The position numbers and the translations under genes are program-made. Of a DNA stretch of 64,000 nucleotides, positions 12,640 through 25,504 are shown one piece after another (within the stretch, counting starts at the first letter, position 1; each line of letters starts with the position of its first letter). Source of the DNA: Lama guanicoe (lineage: Eukaryota). The DNA lies in the NCBI GenBank assembly GCA_013239625.1, contig MU056050.1, positions 5,031,366 through 5,095,365 on the forward strand. Reading direction: 5' to 3'. The notes under the pieces were generated by a model. It made no database searches. It was given only the letters and a program-made list of their open reading frames with translations, and was not told the DNA's origin.

Positions 12640-13700
12640 GCCAAGAGAGTAGTTCTGCCTTTTCCTCACTCATCTCAGCTGCTTGTCTTCCATTTTTCTA
12701 TCACCTTCCTTTCACTACAGTTCCTTCTCTAAAGCTCACACTGTGATCCAAATATGCCTTCAACTTCTCATCCTCCATATTGGCTTTACCCACCCCAGGT
12801 CCTTCTCTCAAACTGTGTTTCTAATAATGTTTTCTTCTACAAGGACCCCTGTCCAAGGTGACATCAGTTTTCACACGAGCAACCTATGTGATTATTTGAC
12901 TCTGTAATTCCTTAACTCACTCTCCTCTGAAGATATTTACTTATACTTCAGTGTAGCCTCATTCTCTTGTGGCAACAATTGTAACTTGTCCTCACCTGCA
13001 ATTCAAACTAAGACTTCTCTCTCTGTCTAAACCAAAATCTCCTGTGGTTATTCACTCCCACTCTACCCAGTCTACCATATTCTCACATTCTCCCTATTTT
13101 CTTAGAATTTGAAATCCCTCCTGCTTTCACACACCTCCCTTCCTTGGCTAATTTCCTAACTTTGGGCAAATGAGATGTCCATGTACCTTGCTCTCGATCC
13201 CAGGTGAGTGAACATAAGGGGTAGTTAGAAATTCAAGAACCTTTAGTGAACAAATCAACCTTCCCCAGCCAAGTGCTGACAATGCTGTTCAGTTATTTTA
13301 TTTACGTCAAGTATCTCAACCCTCCCTGTCAATGCTTTGAATCTTTCTCACTCTTTTCAAACTTCAGCTAAATTTGCTCTCCTTGTTTCCACCTTCACTG
13401 AGAAAAAAAGAAACCATCCAATCTGATCTCTCTCAACTCTCTTCTTCAAAATGTTTCCACATATGTTTTCAATCTCTTTCCTCCATTCTGCTTCAGGAGA
13501 AATGTCTCCTTTTCTTTTGCGCCATACCTCCTCATATCTCATCTCCTTGAATCTCTGAACATCTATGTATGTGTCTGTCTCTGCCTCTAGGCTTTGCTAT
13601 TCTGTTCAGCCTAATAATTTTCAAATCTGTCCTTTGAAATAAAATGATTATAAAACTTCTTTGGGACACCATCACTCTCAAGCTATCCTTCGTTACCTTG

Positions 13701-13743
<43 letters not shown>

Positions 13744-14345
13744 TTATATATCTCTTTAGTAGATACTCCCTTATTAACCTCATGGAATAAAAACCAGCTA
13801 ACTACCAATCCATCAGCCAACTTTCTTATTGTATTTTGATTCTCTCTCTGCAGAACTTGATTACCATACCCTTTTCTTAATATTCTCCTCTCCCCATGCC
13901 TTCTCTAGAGATGTATTTCTATCCTAGCTCCCATTCTATTTGATCATATCTTCTCTTTCTTCTTTCCTAAGTCCTGTCTTTATTCCCCTTTAATTACAAT
14001 ATTTTATAATGCTTTGAAATTTTTCCTCTTCTCTTTTTGTATTTCATTTTATTCTTCATACTCCTGGATTCCTCTTCTTCTGTGCTTATTACTTCCAAAT
14101 CCATATCTCTAGTGCCCATTTCAAAAATTACATCAGTACCATCTCTTCAATGAATCCACTATTAATGGTCCTCAAAGTTAAAAACTTCTTTTTCTTTACT
14201 TGCATAGCACTTTACATCCTTCATTTTGAACCTAGTAACATTTCCTTGTATTCAGAGTAGTTATTTACATGTCTGTATCTCTCCCTTTCTCTAAAATATA
14301 AGTGCTTTGAAAGCAAGGACTGTGACTTTGCCATCTCTGTATGGT
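12640..14345 (+). mobile_element. L2 LINE, long degraded fragment
   Basis: C/T-rich stretch ending in an L2-type 3' end (tatttacatgtctgtatctctcc..taagtgctttgaaagcaaggactgtg). Confidence 0.7.
13704..13741. repeat. (AC)19 microsatellite
   Basis: Read directly. Confidence 0.95.
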
Positions 14346-15235
14346 GGTTTTGAGTATTGGATCTTTCTCTTTTCCAATGTGAGACCCTTTCTGAAACAAA
14401 TTTCCTGCCTGTCAGTACGTCAAGCTTTAGCCCTATGCTATTATTAGCATCATGTGTAGACCTAGAGCTTAGAAGTAGGAGCCAATTTTTGCCCTGCTTC
14501 ATGGAGATTCAGCCCGTCTCTAATTTCTCTTCCAAGGAAACTGTGCCTAGTGAAAAATTTCCTCTTTGCAGTTTAGTGCATTAATTCTAAGCATTACACT
14601 TTCCTGGCCACAGACTCTCCTATAGGATGGGTGTGTGTGTGTTGTAAAGCCATACAATCAAGTCTCAAATGTCCTTCCAAATTTGTAGCTGGTAGAAATC
14701 TCAGCAGCGTTTCCTATAAGAGGCAACAGAACAAGAGTTTAGGTTTGGGTAATCGCTGCTTCATTTATTTCAACTTTGCCCAGGAGCACAAGCAGTTTTT
14801 TCATCTCTCTTTGTTCTTATATTTTCTGTTTTTATTTATTTAAAAAATCAACTCTATGTGATATAGTTATTTGCAATAAAATGAAGATTGCTATTTTGGT
14901 TGATGTTTTCTCAATAATTGCAGTCAGTGAAATGAACTATTTCTCTTTTTTTATTTGGTATCCCACTTTTTGCTTTTCTACTTAGTGCTCAAATGGAGTT
15001 AGAGAGGCAAATCTGAGTTAATTTTTCCATTCTATGATTTCAATGGCCTTTCCCTTATCTCATTTTATCTTCATGTGATGGCCAGAATAGAATGCACAAT
15101 TTTATTAGGTCTTATCGAAGAATAAAGGAATCCAATTAACATTCCTCAATATTAATATGCAGCTCTTCTTGATATATTCTTTTGCATTCTTTGGCCTTTA
15201 TAAAAGCTAACTACCAAATCCATCAGCGAACTTTG

Positions 15236-15275
15236 CTTTATTTCTATAGTGGCCAACATTACTATAGAAATAAAG
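15236..15275. repeat. Perfect 15-bp inverted repeat with 10-nt loop
   Basis: ctttatttctatagt-ggccaacatt-actatagaaataaag. Confidence 0.95.
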
Positions 15276-17264
15276 TTCAAGGTTAATCATTTGGAATTAG
15301 CAGTAGTCATTGTTTCCCATTCCCCACTCCCTGCATGTCCTTTATTCACCCCACACTAGTTTGTTCGTAAGTGGCATGAGTAAAAAGTGAAAAACTGTAC
15401 TTGCTATAAGTATACGATTGAGTACCCCGTCACCTTCTGGACGGTTAGTAGGTTTTCTTGATTTATATGTGGCCTCACCACAGACTGAAATTTTTTGTAA
15501 ATGTTACAGTATCACTGAATGTTTAGTCAGCTCTATTTTAAATAAACAAGGCTGAAAATGAAATGTTGAGTTTTTTAAAATTTAGTTTTAGAGTTAGCCT
15601 ATGGCTTCAGATTTGCTGGCCCACAAAGCTTTCTATATGAAATTCAAAAAGGATATAAATTTAGTCTGTATTATCCTCCACTCACCATTACCAACCTTAT
15701 CTGTACTTGGAAAGTAATGAACAGGTAATTTACAAGATGCCTGGTGCCGAATAGGAGAGAACTAGACAGAGTCCAGAGCCTGTCACATCCACCTTGCTCA
15801 GGTTCCCCTAAAATGACTAATTACTAAGAAAGCCATCTTGGGTAGACTGGACTTTTAGGAATCAAGTCACTTCATTATTAATGTAGTCATCTACACATTG
15901 TATATAAGTATCATATTCTCCATTAATCATATTCTGCATCTACTCTTTTAAGTTTTCCTGCTAGAAGGTATTTTCCCTCTTTCTTCACTGATTTTTATTG
16001 GGGAGAGGGGAATTAATGACAAGGCTATAGCAAAAACCACCTATAGCATAAGGAAACCCCCACAAGAGAAAGATAAATTATTGAAATAAGCAGTAATTTA
16101 AACTGAATAAACATACAAGGGTTTAGAAGTCTGTTTATCCACAGTTATAACACTGATATTTAACCAGTAAACATATATAACATCCTTGCCTATAACAGAA
16201 ATGTGATATAGAAGTTGAGGGATTGGATGAGGAAATACATCATCAGTTGTCAGGGAAAATGATTCATCTTTGCCTCAACATAGTCAATGACCAAGTGGTT
16301 TATTCGAATCAGTTTAGTGGTCTATATGGAAAATCATCTTATACAAAATGGAATGAATATTCAATATCTAGTTTCAGGGATATAAGCTCCATAAATAACC
16401 CAGATATCATCTGTTTGAAATGAACAATAACTTCTACAACATGGTTGTCTTTCTGAAACATCTGTAATCTAGTAACTTATGTGTAAATTTAAACTATCAT
16501 TATGGAATGTATATAACACCATTTTGAATCTTTTATACTTCCTACTAGTGCCATTTTGGGGAGATTAATTGGGGAGATTCATCATGTGATTATTGCCTGC
16601 TGTTTAAATAGGTATTTTCTATGGTTCTAAGATGACTCTTTTCAAAATTCAAGGACTGGTTCATTCCCATTTCAAGACCCTGAACACCTTTTGCCATATG
16701 CTTCTTGGTTTTATAAAATTTTACTGTATCTCCTATAGCTTTTGTCTTCCTAGACTCACAAGTCCTAATACTGTTGCTTGCATATGTGTGTGTCTCACCA
16801 ATCTTTCCATCATTTTAGTTTCCTTTGACCAAACATTTTGCAGCTGAGTTTCTCTGACCCCTGATCTAGTGTGCCTAATAAAATGTCTGTCAAAGTAAGA
16901 CACTTTTCCAAGTAGGGAACCAAATATTCTATCAGGAAACAATTATTTCATTATTATTATTTATTTTAGTTCCTGCCATGGTATGAGAGCGATCAGGTAT
17001 TCACTATGTGTAATTATGAGTACTGACTTGGCTTTCGTAGGAAGTAGAAGGAGTAATTTAACCCATAGATATGTCTAATCTCAGGGGATTTATGAGAAAA
17101 TTATACATAAAGATAAATATCAATCTTTGTAGATCTGAATTGGTTAAGCTACCTATAGTTATGTATTTCAAGTTCATAGTATTTGAAGTATTAAATTTCT
17201 ATCTCATTTATAATTAAAGGCAAATGAAATGCAGATAGTGTTTAGGAAACCAAATATAATTTTA

Positions 17265-17460
17265 AGAGAGAAAACAAGAGTTTAGTTTGAACTGTGTTCT
17301 ACCACTTACTTGGTGGTTAATTTGCTCCATGACCTTCAGTCAGTAACCTCATTGTATCTCAGAGGATATAATAATCCTGACCTGCTTTACAGGGGCGTGC
17401 TGTACCTTAATTGATGTGTGTTAAGCGCCTGGAGGTACTGTAATGAAAGCCATTATTGAA
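17265..17460 (+). mobile_element. MIR SINE
   Basis: ttctaccacttact..ggatataataatcctgacctgctttacagg..tgtgttaagcgcctgg. Confidence 0.55.
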
Positions 17461-18529
17461 ATGCAATTATTAACATTTGGGATAATGAAGTTAGCTTAGA
17501 TGGTTTAGGCAAGGCTGGCGTAAAGATGGTTTCTACGTTCAAGAGCACAAAAATTCCATGATGCAAAACTCAAAAAAAAAAAAAGTCCTAAAAAAGCAAA
17601 AATAGAAAATGAAACCATAACTGGCTTATTTGCTGACTGTAGCAGCATCAGGGCCTGCAGTTTATTGCTTTGTCTCTGATCAAGTGCATTGCAATCAATG
17701 CGAATTACTACAGAGATGCTAGGAGATAATTTTGCAAAAATGTCAAAAATGCAAAATTTGGGAGAGCCGGATAGGCTAGAAATGACTGTATTGATTTTGT
17801 AAAGGTTGGTAAATTACTACAATACCACCTTACTTTAAGGTAGATTGCAAATCTTGCATTTTAAGCAAGATCAACTCTAATTTTAAACTTCACAAAAGGC
17901 TTAGTGTATTACATGCATTACTTTCATCTATGAGAAATTTAGAAGATCATGTGCTTACCTAGTAGAAACTATCTGGGAAATTCCCAGTAGGGCTCATCCT
18001 TCTGCTCAACAGTTCCTGCCTGTCTCTACATTTCAGTGGACTTGTCTTTGTACTCAGAGAGCAATCAGACCATAATAGAAATAAATTGAAAGAAAAAAAA
18101 ACTCCTCCTTATTCGGAAGAAATGACAGAAGCAAGCAAAAACTGTTTTTAGAAAATGATCTGAATAATGGTCATTTATTCATTGTTAAGTGATGTTACAC
18201 TTATATTTATCTTTTTTAAATTAATGCTATTTTTGAATTGATGTCCATTACATTTAAATAGCACAACAATGTCTAGAACAAAGGGTCACACAAACTGAAA
18301 ATTTGAAATTTAGAGGAAATTTCTTCAATTATGTCTTAGCTTTCAGGCACTGTAAAGTTTCAGTGCATCTAAAAAGTACATAATGTAATCATTCTGCTAC
18401 AGTTCAATTTTGTGTTTATTTACATTTGCTAAAAGTTTCGGGAACCATATGTTTAAAACTACAACAAACACCCATGATATCACTTCCCACAATTAACAAA
18501 ATTATTTTATATTAATGAAAAGATATTTT

Positions 18530-19160
18530 TCATTTTTTATTTCAGTTTATATATATGTTTAAAATGAGGAACATTGTATAAACCCCCTTGTTTTCTTCCT
18601 CAGTCCAATTCTCCTTCTAACTTCATCAGAGCATAGCACTATTGTAAATATTTTTATAATTATAATATGGTTTAATGTTTTATAACATGTATGTGTATGT
18701 ATACACTAGTAGGCATCATATATTATTGGGTTTGATATTTGTATGTTTTAAATATATATTAATGGCATTGTACTACTAGTATTATTGTGCAAGTTGCTTT
18801 ATCACTCATTATTGGGTTCTCCATGTATATTCATTTTGATATATACAGACCTACTTCACTGACTTTAAAATATATAGTAGTATTCCATTGTATCCATATA
18901 CCATATTCTTCTTCTATATACCTTTACTGATGGGTGTTTAGATTGATTTTGATGAGATTTGTTTTTTGGTAGTTACCAACAGTGTATGAATGTCTCCTTG
19001 TGCACATGTGCAAGAGTTTTTTCTTGGGTATGTACCTAGGAGTTGAAATGATAGATAATAATATATGTATATTTTTAAATTTATGAGATAATATACATTG
19101 CTTTCTTAAGAGCCTATTGCAGTGCAAACTGTCATCAATAATACATTGGATTGAAAATCT
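18530..19160 (-). mobile_element. L1ME-type 3' fragment
   Basis: tagtattccattgtatccatatacca; actgatgggtgtttagattg; tgtgcacatgtgcaagagtttt..tacctaggagttgaaat. Confidence 0.75.
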
Positions 19161-19226
19161 TAAAAAAATACATCATCATTTGGCAAGAAGATGCAGAGAA
19201 GCATGCAATGGTGGACTATATATGTG

Positions 19227-19602
19227 TGTATATTAGTTTGCTAAGGATGCCATAACAAAATAACACAGATTGATTGGCTTAAACCACAGACATTTATTTT
19301 CTTACAGTTCTGGAGGTTTGGTTTCTTCTGAGGCCTCTATCCTTGTCTTGAAGACAGCTACCTTCTTGCTTCATCCTCACATAGTCTTTCTTATGTGCTC
19401 ATGCATCCCTGATGTCTCTTTATCCAAATTGTGTCTTCTTATTAGAGTACCAGTCAGATTAAAGCAAGGTTTATCTATATAGCTCATTTAAACTTAATTA
19501 CCTCTTTAAAGCCCCATCACCAAATATAGTCACATTCTGGAGCACTAGGGGCTAGAGATTCAACATATGAATTTTGAGTGTACAGTTCAGCCCAGCACAA
19601 CA
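19227..19602 (-). mobile_element. MLT1B-like MaLR solo LTR
   Basis: tattagtttgctaaggatgccataacaaaa..ttcttacagttctggagg..ttaattacctctttaaag..aaatatagtcacattctg..ttcaacatatgaatttt..ttcagccc. Confidence 0.85.
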
Positions 19603-19627
19603 TGTGTGCATATTTATTTTTGTGTTT

Positions 19628-19663
<36 letters not shown>

Positions 19664-22600
19664 ATTTAGATAAATAATTTGAATATTCATTTAGCAATCA
19701 GTCTAAGATGGGAACTGCACTTTTTCAGTGAAAGCAAATTCCCACTTTAAAATTTAGATTAGACAGGAAATATGAGGAGCTCTTTTTCTGAGAATAGAAT
19801 GCACTTTCCTCCATCTTGTAACTGACCCCTCTCAACACTTTTCAAAGAAGTCATGAATTTGTTCTATTTAAAACTGAAGGGCTCTTGCTTAAATTTCAGA
19901 AAAAGGTTGCTCATGAATTAAACTAGCTTTTTGAACCCAGTAGAATTTCACAGTTTTAAATCGTAGGAAGCAAAAATGATTATGTATCTTAAATGAGATA
20001 GTGGATAAGAATTTTCTTTCAAAATGTGTATAATGTATAACATATTAATATAACTCGGCAATAAATTGAGGCATTTCACATGCAACTGACACAAATGTAA
20101 AGGAAGCCATAGCTTAGTAGAAAACCTGGAGATATTTATTCAACTAGCTGAATAAAAACTTAACAATATACTTTTTGCTCTTTTTCCTGAATATTCCAAC
20201 TGAAATTTTTTTAGTATCTAGAAGTCAAATGACGTATTAGATAGGATTTTTCAGATAACATTCATGTTTCACTTTGCTTTTTAAAAAATAATAAAGTTGG
20301 CCTCAATGACTTGAGAACCTCAGATATAAACCCTTTCCTTTATTGAGAAGTCACTGATTGCATCCTTGTTTAGTTTCCTGCCTCAGTTCCAGTTTTGTTT
20401 TAGCTTCGTCGTGATTCTACATTACAATTCTATAATACACTGTGATTTTAAAACTGATTTTATCACATTCATAAATAACAAATCCTGAATTCCAAAAATT
20501 ACATGTATAAAATTAGATATGTCACAGATTCCATGCTTGCAATGATAATTATGGCAAACCATTTCTCATTTTAATTCAAATGATACTTGGTATCTCACTC
20601 TTCTGATGGACTACATAGAATAATGCCCTTTAAGAATAATGGATATTATTCCTATAGAAGTACAGTGTCATGTTTGAAAATCTTCCACTGCAAAGAAAAA
20701 AAGAAACAGTAGAATAAACCCAATTTACGTAATATTTCTAATGACAGAATGATAAAGAGAAAATAGACTCCCTTTGCTTTTCTATATAGAATAGATGATA
20801 ATAAAGCAGAAAGTTAAACTCTGTGTAACAATATATCTTGTTAAGGATATATTTCTGGATTTACATATAATTTTATAAATGAGAACATATGTGGTCAATA
20901 AAATGAGTTTATAAAAATACCAATACTTAGAACTTTGAACTTATATGTACTCAGAGCACCCCAGATACAGCCAACACATTTCAAATCCTAGGTGTTGTAT
21001 TATTGAAATATACAGGTTTTATTTTGACAAAATCCTTTTTTTTTTTTAACCAGTTTTATTAAATTCAACAAATATCAGTCTTCTTTCGGTTCAATTGGAT
21101 GACAGAGATTGCATTTGGTAAAATTATTTGATTAGAGAGTAATCATCATTATTAGATTAGAGGGAATTAAATTACAATTACTAAAAATTACAGGTAATTA
21201 CAATACAGCTTAATTTCAAAGCTAAACTCATCTTCCAAAGAAAAACATTTTATGCATGTGCTTAAAATATGCCTGTATATCTATTAATGTGATGCATAAT
21301 AATGGGTTTGGTCATTTGAAAGCCAAAAGTATGTAATTGAACAATTATTACAGCCACACTGCCTGAAGGCACTATTTGTCAAGAGAGTTATATGATGGCC
21401 AATTATATCCACTCAACCTTGAAGGATAATTCTGTCTTCTGATGGGAACAAATTACCATTACACTTCTCTTTTTTTCCCCCCAAAGTTTAACAATTGGCT
21501 TTTACAATGTAAATTTTCTAAAATGAATGCTTTTTTGAAGTGCCAGACTTGCTTTGATTTATATAAAACTGTCTAATATACAAGTTTATCAGAATATGTC
21601 AAATGTTCAAAGAAAATTAAAATATAACTTCTGCCCTGAAGAACGTAGACACAATCTAAGAAATAAGGGGTAAAGTTTTGAATTCCTAAAATAGTAGTCA
21701 GAAAATTCCTAACCTTAAACTTTACATTTTTCTCAAGCAGAGATATAGTGACTTTGCTTTAATATGCATATTGATCACCTGGTTTCCTGGCTCAGAAAAT
21801 ATTAGAAGTAATAAACCAGGAGGAAACTGGAGGAAACTGTTAAGGCACTTATAATGGCAATAAGAGAAGTAATAGCTCAAAATGTGTCTTCAATGAAAGG
21901 AATAGAATAACTAAAAGATAGTTGTGAACTTTAATCTGTCGCAGTACAGTAAAGGATATTCTTCATGTTTATCTTGGGTTAGCAAGAAATAATTAAATTA
22001 TGTTCAGTGTCCTTCTTGGAATACCAGGGAGAAGAATAGATATTAGAAACATTTCCATCAAAAATGACTATTTTTAATTGTAATTTCACTATCTTGAAAT
22101 TCAGTTACTCACCTTCCTCAGTGAAGCCAAGTAAGGTAAACATTATTCTACACTTTTGTAACATAAAGTAGGATTTAATATTCCAGAAAGAATGATGCTT
22201 TCTTGTGATGTTATTTAGCTACACTTTCTTGCCTAGGTATTTCATTTTAAAAACGAAGGAAATAGTTTAGAATTCCAAGTAGTTGGTAGATCTATTTAAT
22301 AATTTCTGGTTTGTAAATGTATTATGTATCCTGGAACCTGTCCACTTGTCTCTCTTAGATTTGGTGTACAATTTAGAATGGTATCTGACAATATATCTTA
22401 TATCAAGAATTTCTGATGTGTGTTCTTTTGGTCCAACTGATGCCAGGAATAAACATTAGAGACATACAGTGCTGCTTTGGTCTGTGAACTATGGTTGGGA
22501 AACAGTGAATTGGTCCTTTTTCAAACAATATGTCCAATGAATCTGATTAATTTAAACCAAAAATAAAAAGGAAGCAAACAAAAAAAAATTTCCAGTGAGA

Positions 22601-23094
22601 GCCAGTTCATAGGATTTTTCATTATTAGAAGTAAGTTTTTAAACCCTGAATTTCTTATAAGAACCTTTTCATGGGGTAACAACATTATGGGAAATAAATA
22701 ATAGCAGACTGTAAAAAAAAAGTTGGAATTATCTGACTTCTTTCATTGGAAATTGATTTATTTTATCTTTCTCTATCATTATATGATACATTTAAAAGCC
22801 TTAATCCATTTTCTGTCAGGGTGAGTCATTCTTCTTCATCTTGCTTCACCAATCCATCTGAACCAGTTACCATGTACTTCTGGTTCTACTTTCTTCAATA
22901 CTGTATCCCTTCTGCTTCCTTTCTTCACTCAACTCCACTTTAGACCCCCATGGGAAACTGTCAGTGAGGTGTATACTTCTGTATGAGAAACTGTTTCTCA
23001 CACTAGCACAGCAGGTTAATCACAGACATTTTCTGAAGTCTAGAAAGGGAGGGTGATTTTGATGTCTTATGAGTAGCTAAAGGCAAGAAAACAC

Positions 23095-23256
23095 TCAGTA
23101 CAGATTGATGGAAAAATCCTGGACTGTGAATCAGAAGTGCTGACTGACTAGCTACATATTAGTTTGGGTAAATCTCTTGATCTCTGCTATCAGATCCCTC
23201 GAATATAAATTATGGTTTGAAGTAGATGTCTCCTTTTAAACTCTAAAATGCTGTGA
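23095..23256 (+). mobile_element. MIR3/MIRc-like SINE fragment
   Basis: ggaaaaatcctggactgtgaatcagaag..ttgggtaaatctcttgatctct..ctctaaaatgctgtga. Confidence 0.55.
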
Positions 23257-24589
23257 ATAAGATGACAAATTATGAATTGATATATTTTCCTATGCTGTCC
23301 ATTTAGTTTTCATTAATCACTTGCTATCATTAAATATATACATATGTGGCTAAATATCAAATTAACATCCAGTGTAAAAAATATTGTAGTGATAATCCAG
23401 ACATAGAAGAAAATAATAATTTTACTTAGTTTCTTAGCCCAATATAATTCTACCTTGAGGATTTAATCCTATATCTAAATGTTAACTACCACCCTGAAAA
23501 AAGTTATTGCTACTCAACATTCAGTCTTTTCCTAATCCAGCCACATTGTGAAACAGGACTGAATTTTGAGTCAATAAATGCCTGTAGTCACACTTGAGAA
23601 AAACCAGTCTGCACATTCTGAGATTAATTCCTAAACCTATTTATGGTTTAATTCTTGCAACCAGTCAGAGCAGTTGCATTTATTCTACTGTCAATAGCTC
23701 ACAAACAGTAAATTAACAATTTAGAAATACGCAAAATAAAGTAACCTTGCGGTTCTGCAACCAGCTTAACCAAGTAAATGTGCCCAAATGAACCTTTGTG
23801 AGAGAAAAGAGTATAATTCTAGAGAAGGCAGTTCACTGAATTGAAAACGTAGAAGTTAAATATAATCAGAAAACTCTTGTATATTCTTATACAGCCTTCC
23901 TTTTTGGTACATTTTTACCACTTAAGTAAAATGGTCATTCAGGGAAATGTCAGATATAATTTGTCACCACTTAGCATTAAAAAAATAATAACTGCTGCTT
24001 GTTAGAGAAAAAGGGCAGCCTTCTTAGCTATCTAGGTAAGTCAAAGAAATACAGGCAAAAATGGCACTGAAAATCAAACTTCTTCCTTAACTGCTTTTCA
24101 ATTAAATTTAATATTTACAGAGCTCTTATTAATGACTTAACTAGCTGTTTTGGAGGATACAAAGATAATTTAATCTTGGTGCACACCCTAAAAATGCTTA
24201 CAATCTCATTTCTTTTGACTTTGCAAGAAATGATGAAGGGATTTAGAGAGTTTTTTAGCTTGCTGATTAAATTATTTTTTAAAAAAATCTCTCTTTCTAT
24301 AAGGATATTGTCATCAGCAACTAGAACAGTGCCAAGATTAATACATATTTATTGAATGAATGAATGATTGTTTCCGGTTTAGAAACAGTGATGCTTACCT
24401 TCACATTTTCAAAAGCAGGTTGAAATCTCTTGCTTTCCTTTAGACTAGTGATGTAATATAATAATTTCATTTAGTTTGAAATCTCCGTATGTAGCACAAC
24501 AGGAAAAGTTAAACTAACTTCACTATTTTGCTAAGTGTTAAAGGATTATCTGATAACTAAGTTTGTAATTTATTCAGAAGACTAAGTTA

Positions 24590-25495
24590 ATAGAGTAACT
24601 AATTTGGTTAAGAACATGAGTTCCAGACTATTTTTTTTATTTTATTGAGTTATAGTCAGTTTACAATGTTGTGTCAATTTCTGTGTATAGCACAATTTTT
24701 CAGTCATACTTAAATATACATGTAATCATTTTCATATTGTTTTTCACCGTGAGCTACTACAAGATCTTGTATATATTTCCCTGTACTATACAGTATAAAC
24801 TAGTTTATCTATTCTATATATACCTGTCAGTATCTACAAATCTCGAACTCCCAGTCTGTCCCACCCCCCCCACCCGCGGTAACCATAAGTTTGTATTCTA
24901 TGTCTATGAGTCTGTTTCTGTTTTGTATTAATGTTTTTTTAGATTCCACATATGAGCGATTTCATATGGTATTTTTCTCTCTCTTTCTGACTTACTTCAC
25001 TTAGAATGACATTCTCCAGGGACATCCATGTTGCCACAAATGGCGTTATGTTGTCATTTTATGGCTGAATAGTATTCCATTGTATAAATATACCACTTCT
25101 TCTTTATCCAGTCATCTGTTGATGGACATTTAGGCTGTTTTCATGTCTTGGCTACTGTAAATAGTGCTGCTATGAACATTGGGGTGCAGGTGTCATTTTG
25201 AAGTAGGGTTCCTTCTGGATATATGCCCAGGAGTGGGATTCCTGGGTCATATGGTAAGTCTATTCCTAGTCTTTTGAGGAATCTCCATACTGTTTTCCAC
25301 AGTGGCTGCACCAAACTGCATTCCCACCAACAGCAGACTCACTGATTTTTAAACTGTACTCCACCATTTACTACCTGTGTGACCTGAAGCAAATTACTAA
25401 TCCTTCCTGGAGCTCAGTCTTATAAAAGCAAAGTGGAGGTGGATAATACACACTATCTTCCATGGCAGTGGCTGATTTTAAAGTGAGATTATAAA
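24590..25495 (+). mobile_element. MIR SINE split by a young L1 insertion
   Basis: tggttaagaacatgagttccagact on the left resumes at 25334 as cagact..ctccaccatttactacctgtgtgacctgaagcaaattactaa. Confidence 0.65.
24630..25333 (-). mobile_element. Young 5'-truncated L1 (3' UTR and ORF2 C-terminus), lineage-specific
   Basis: Clean-reading L1 3' sequence with retained CpGs and poly(T) at left; candidate target-site duplication cagact at 24624-24629 and 25334-25339. Confidence 0.9.
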
Positions 25496-25504
25496 ATATG
25501 TCTG

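Noticed and set aside
21819..21839. Short tandem duplication ggaggaaact x2 and similar 10-15 bp doublets elsewhere
   Set aside because: Common replication-slippage products with no array structure
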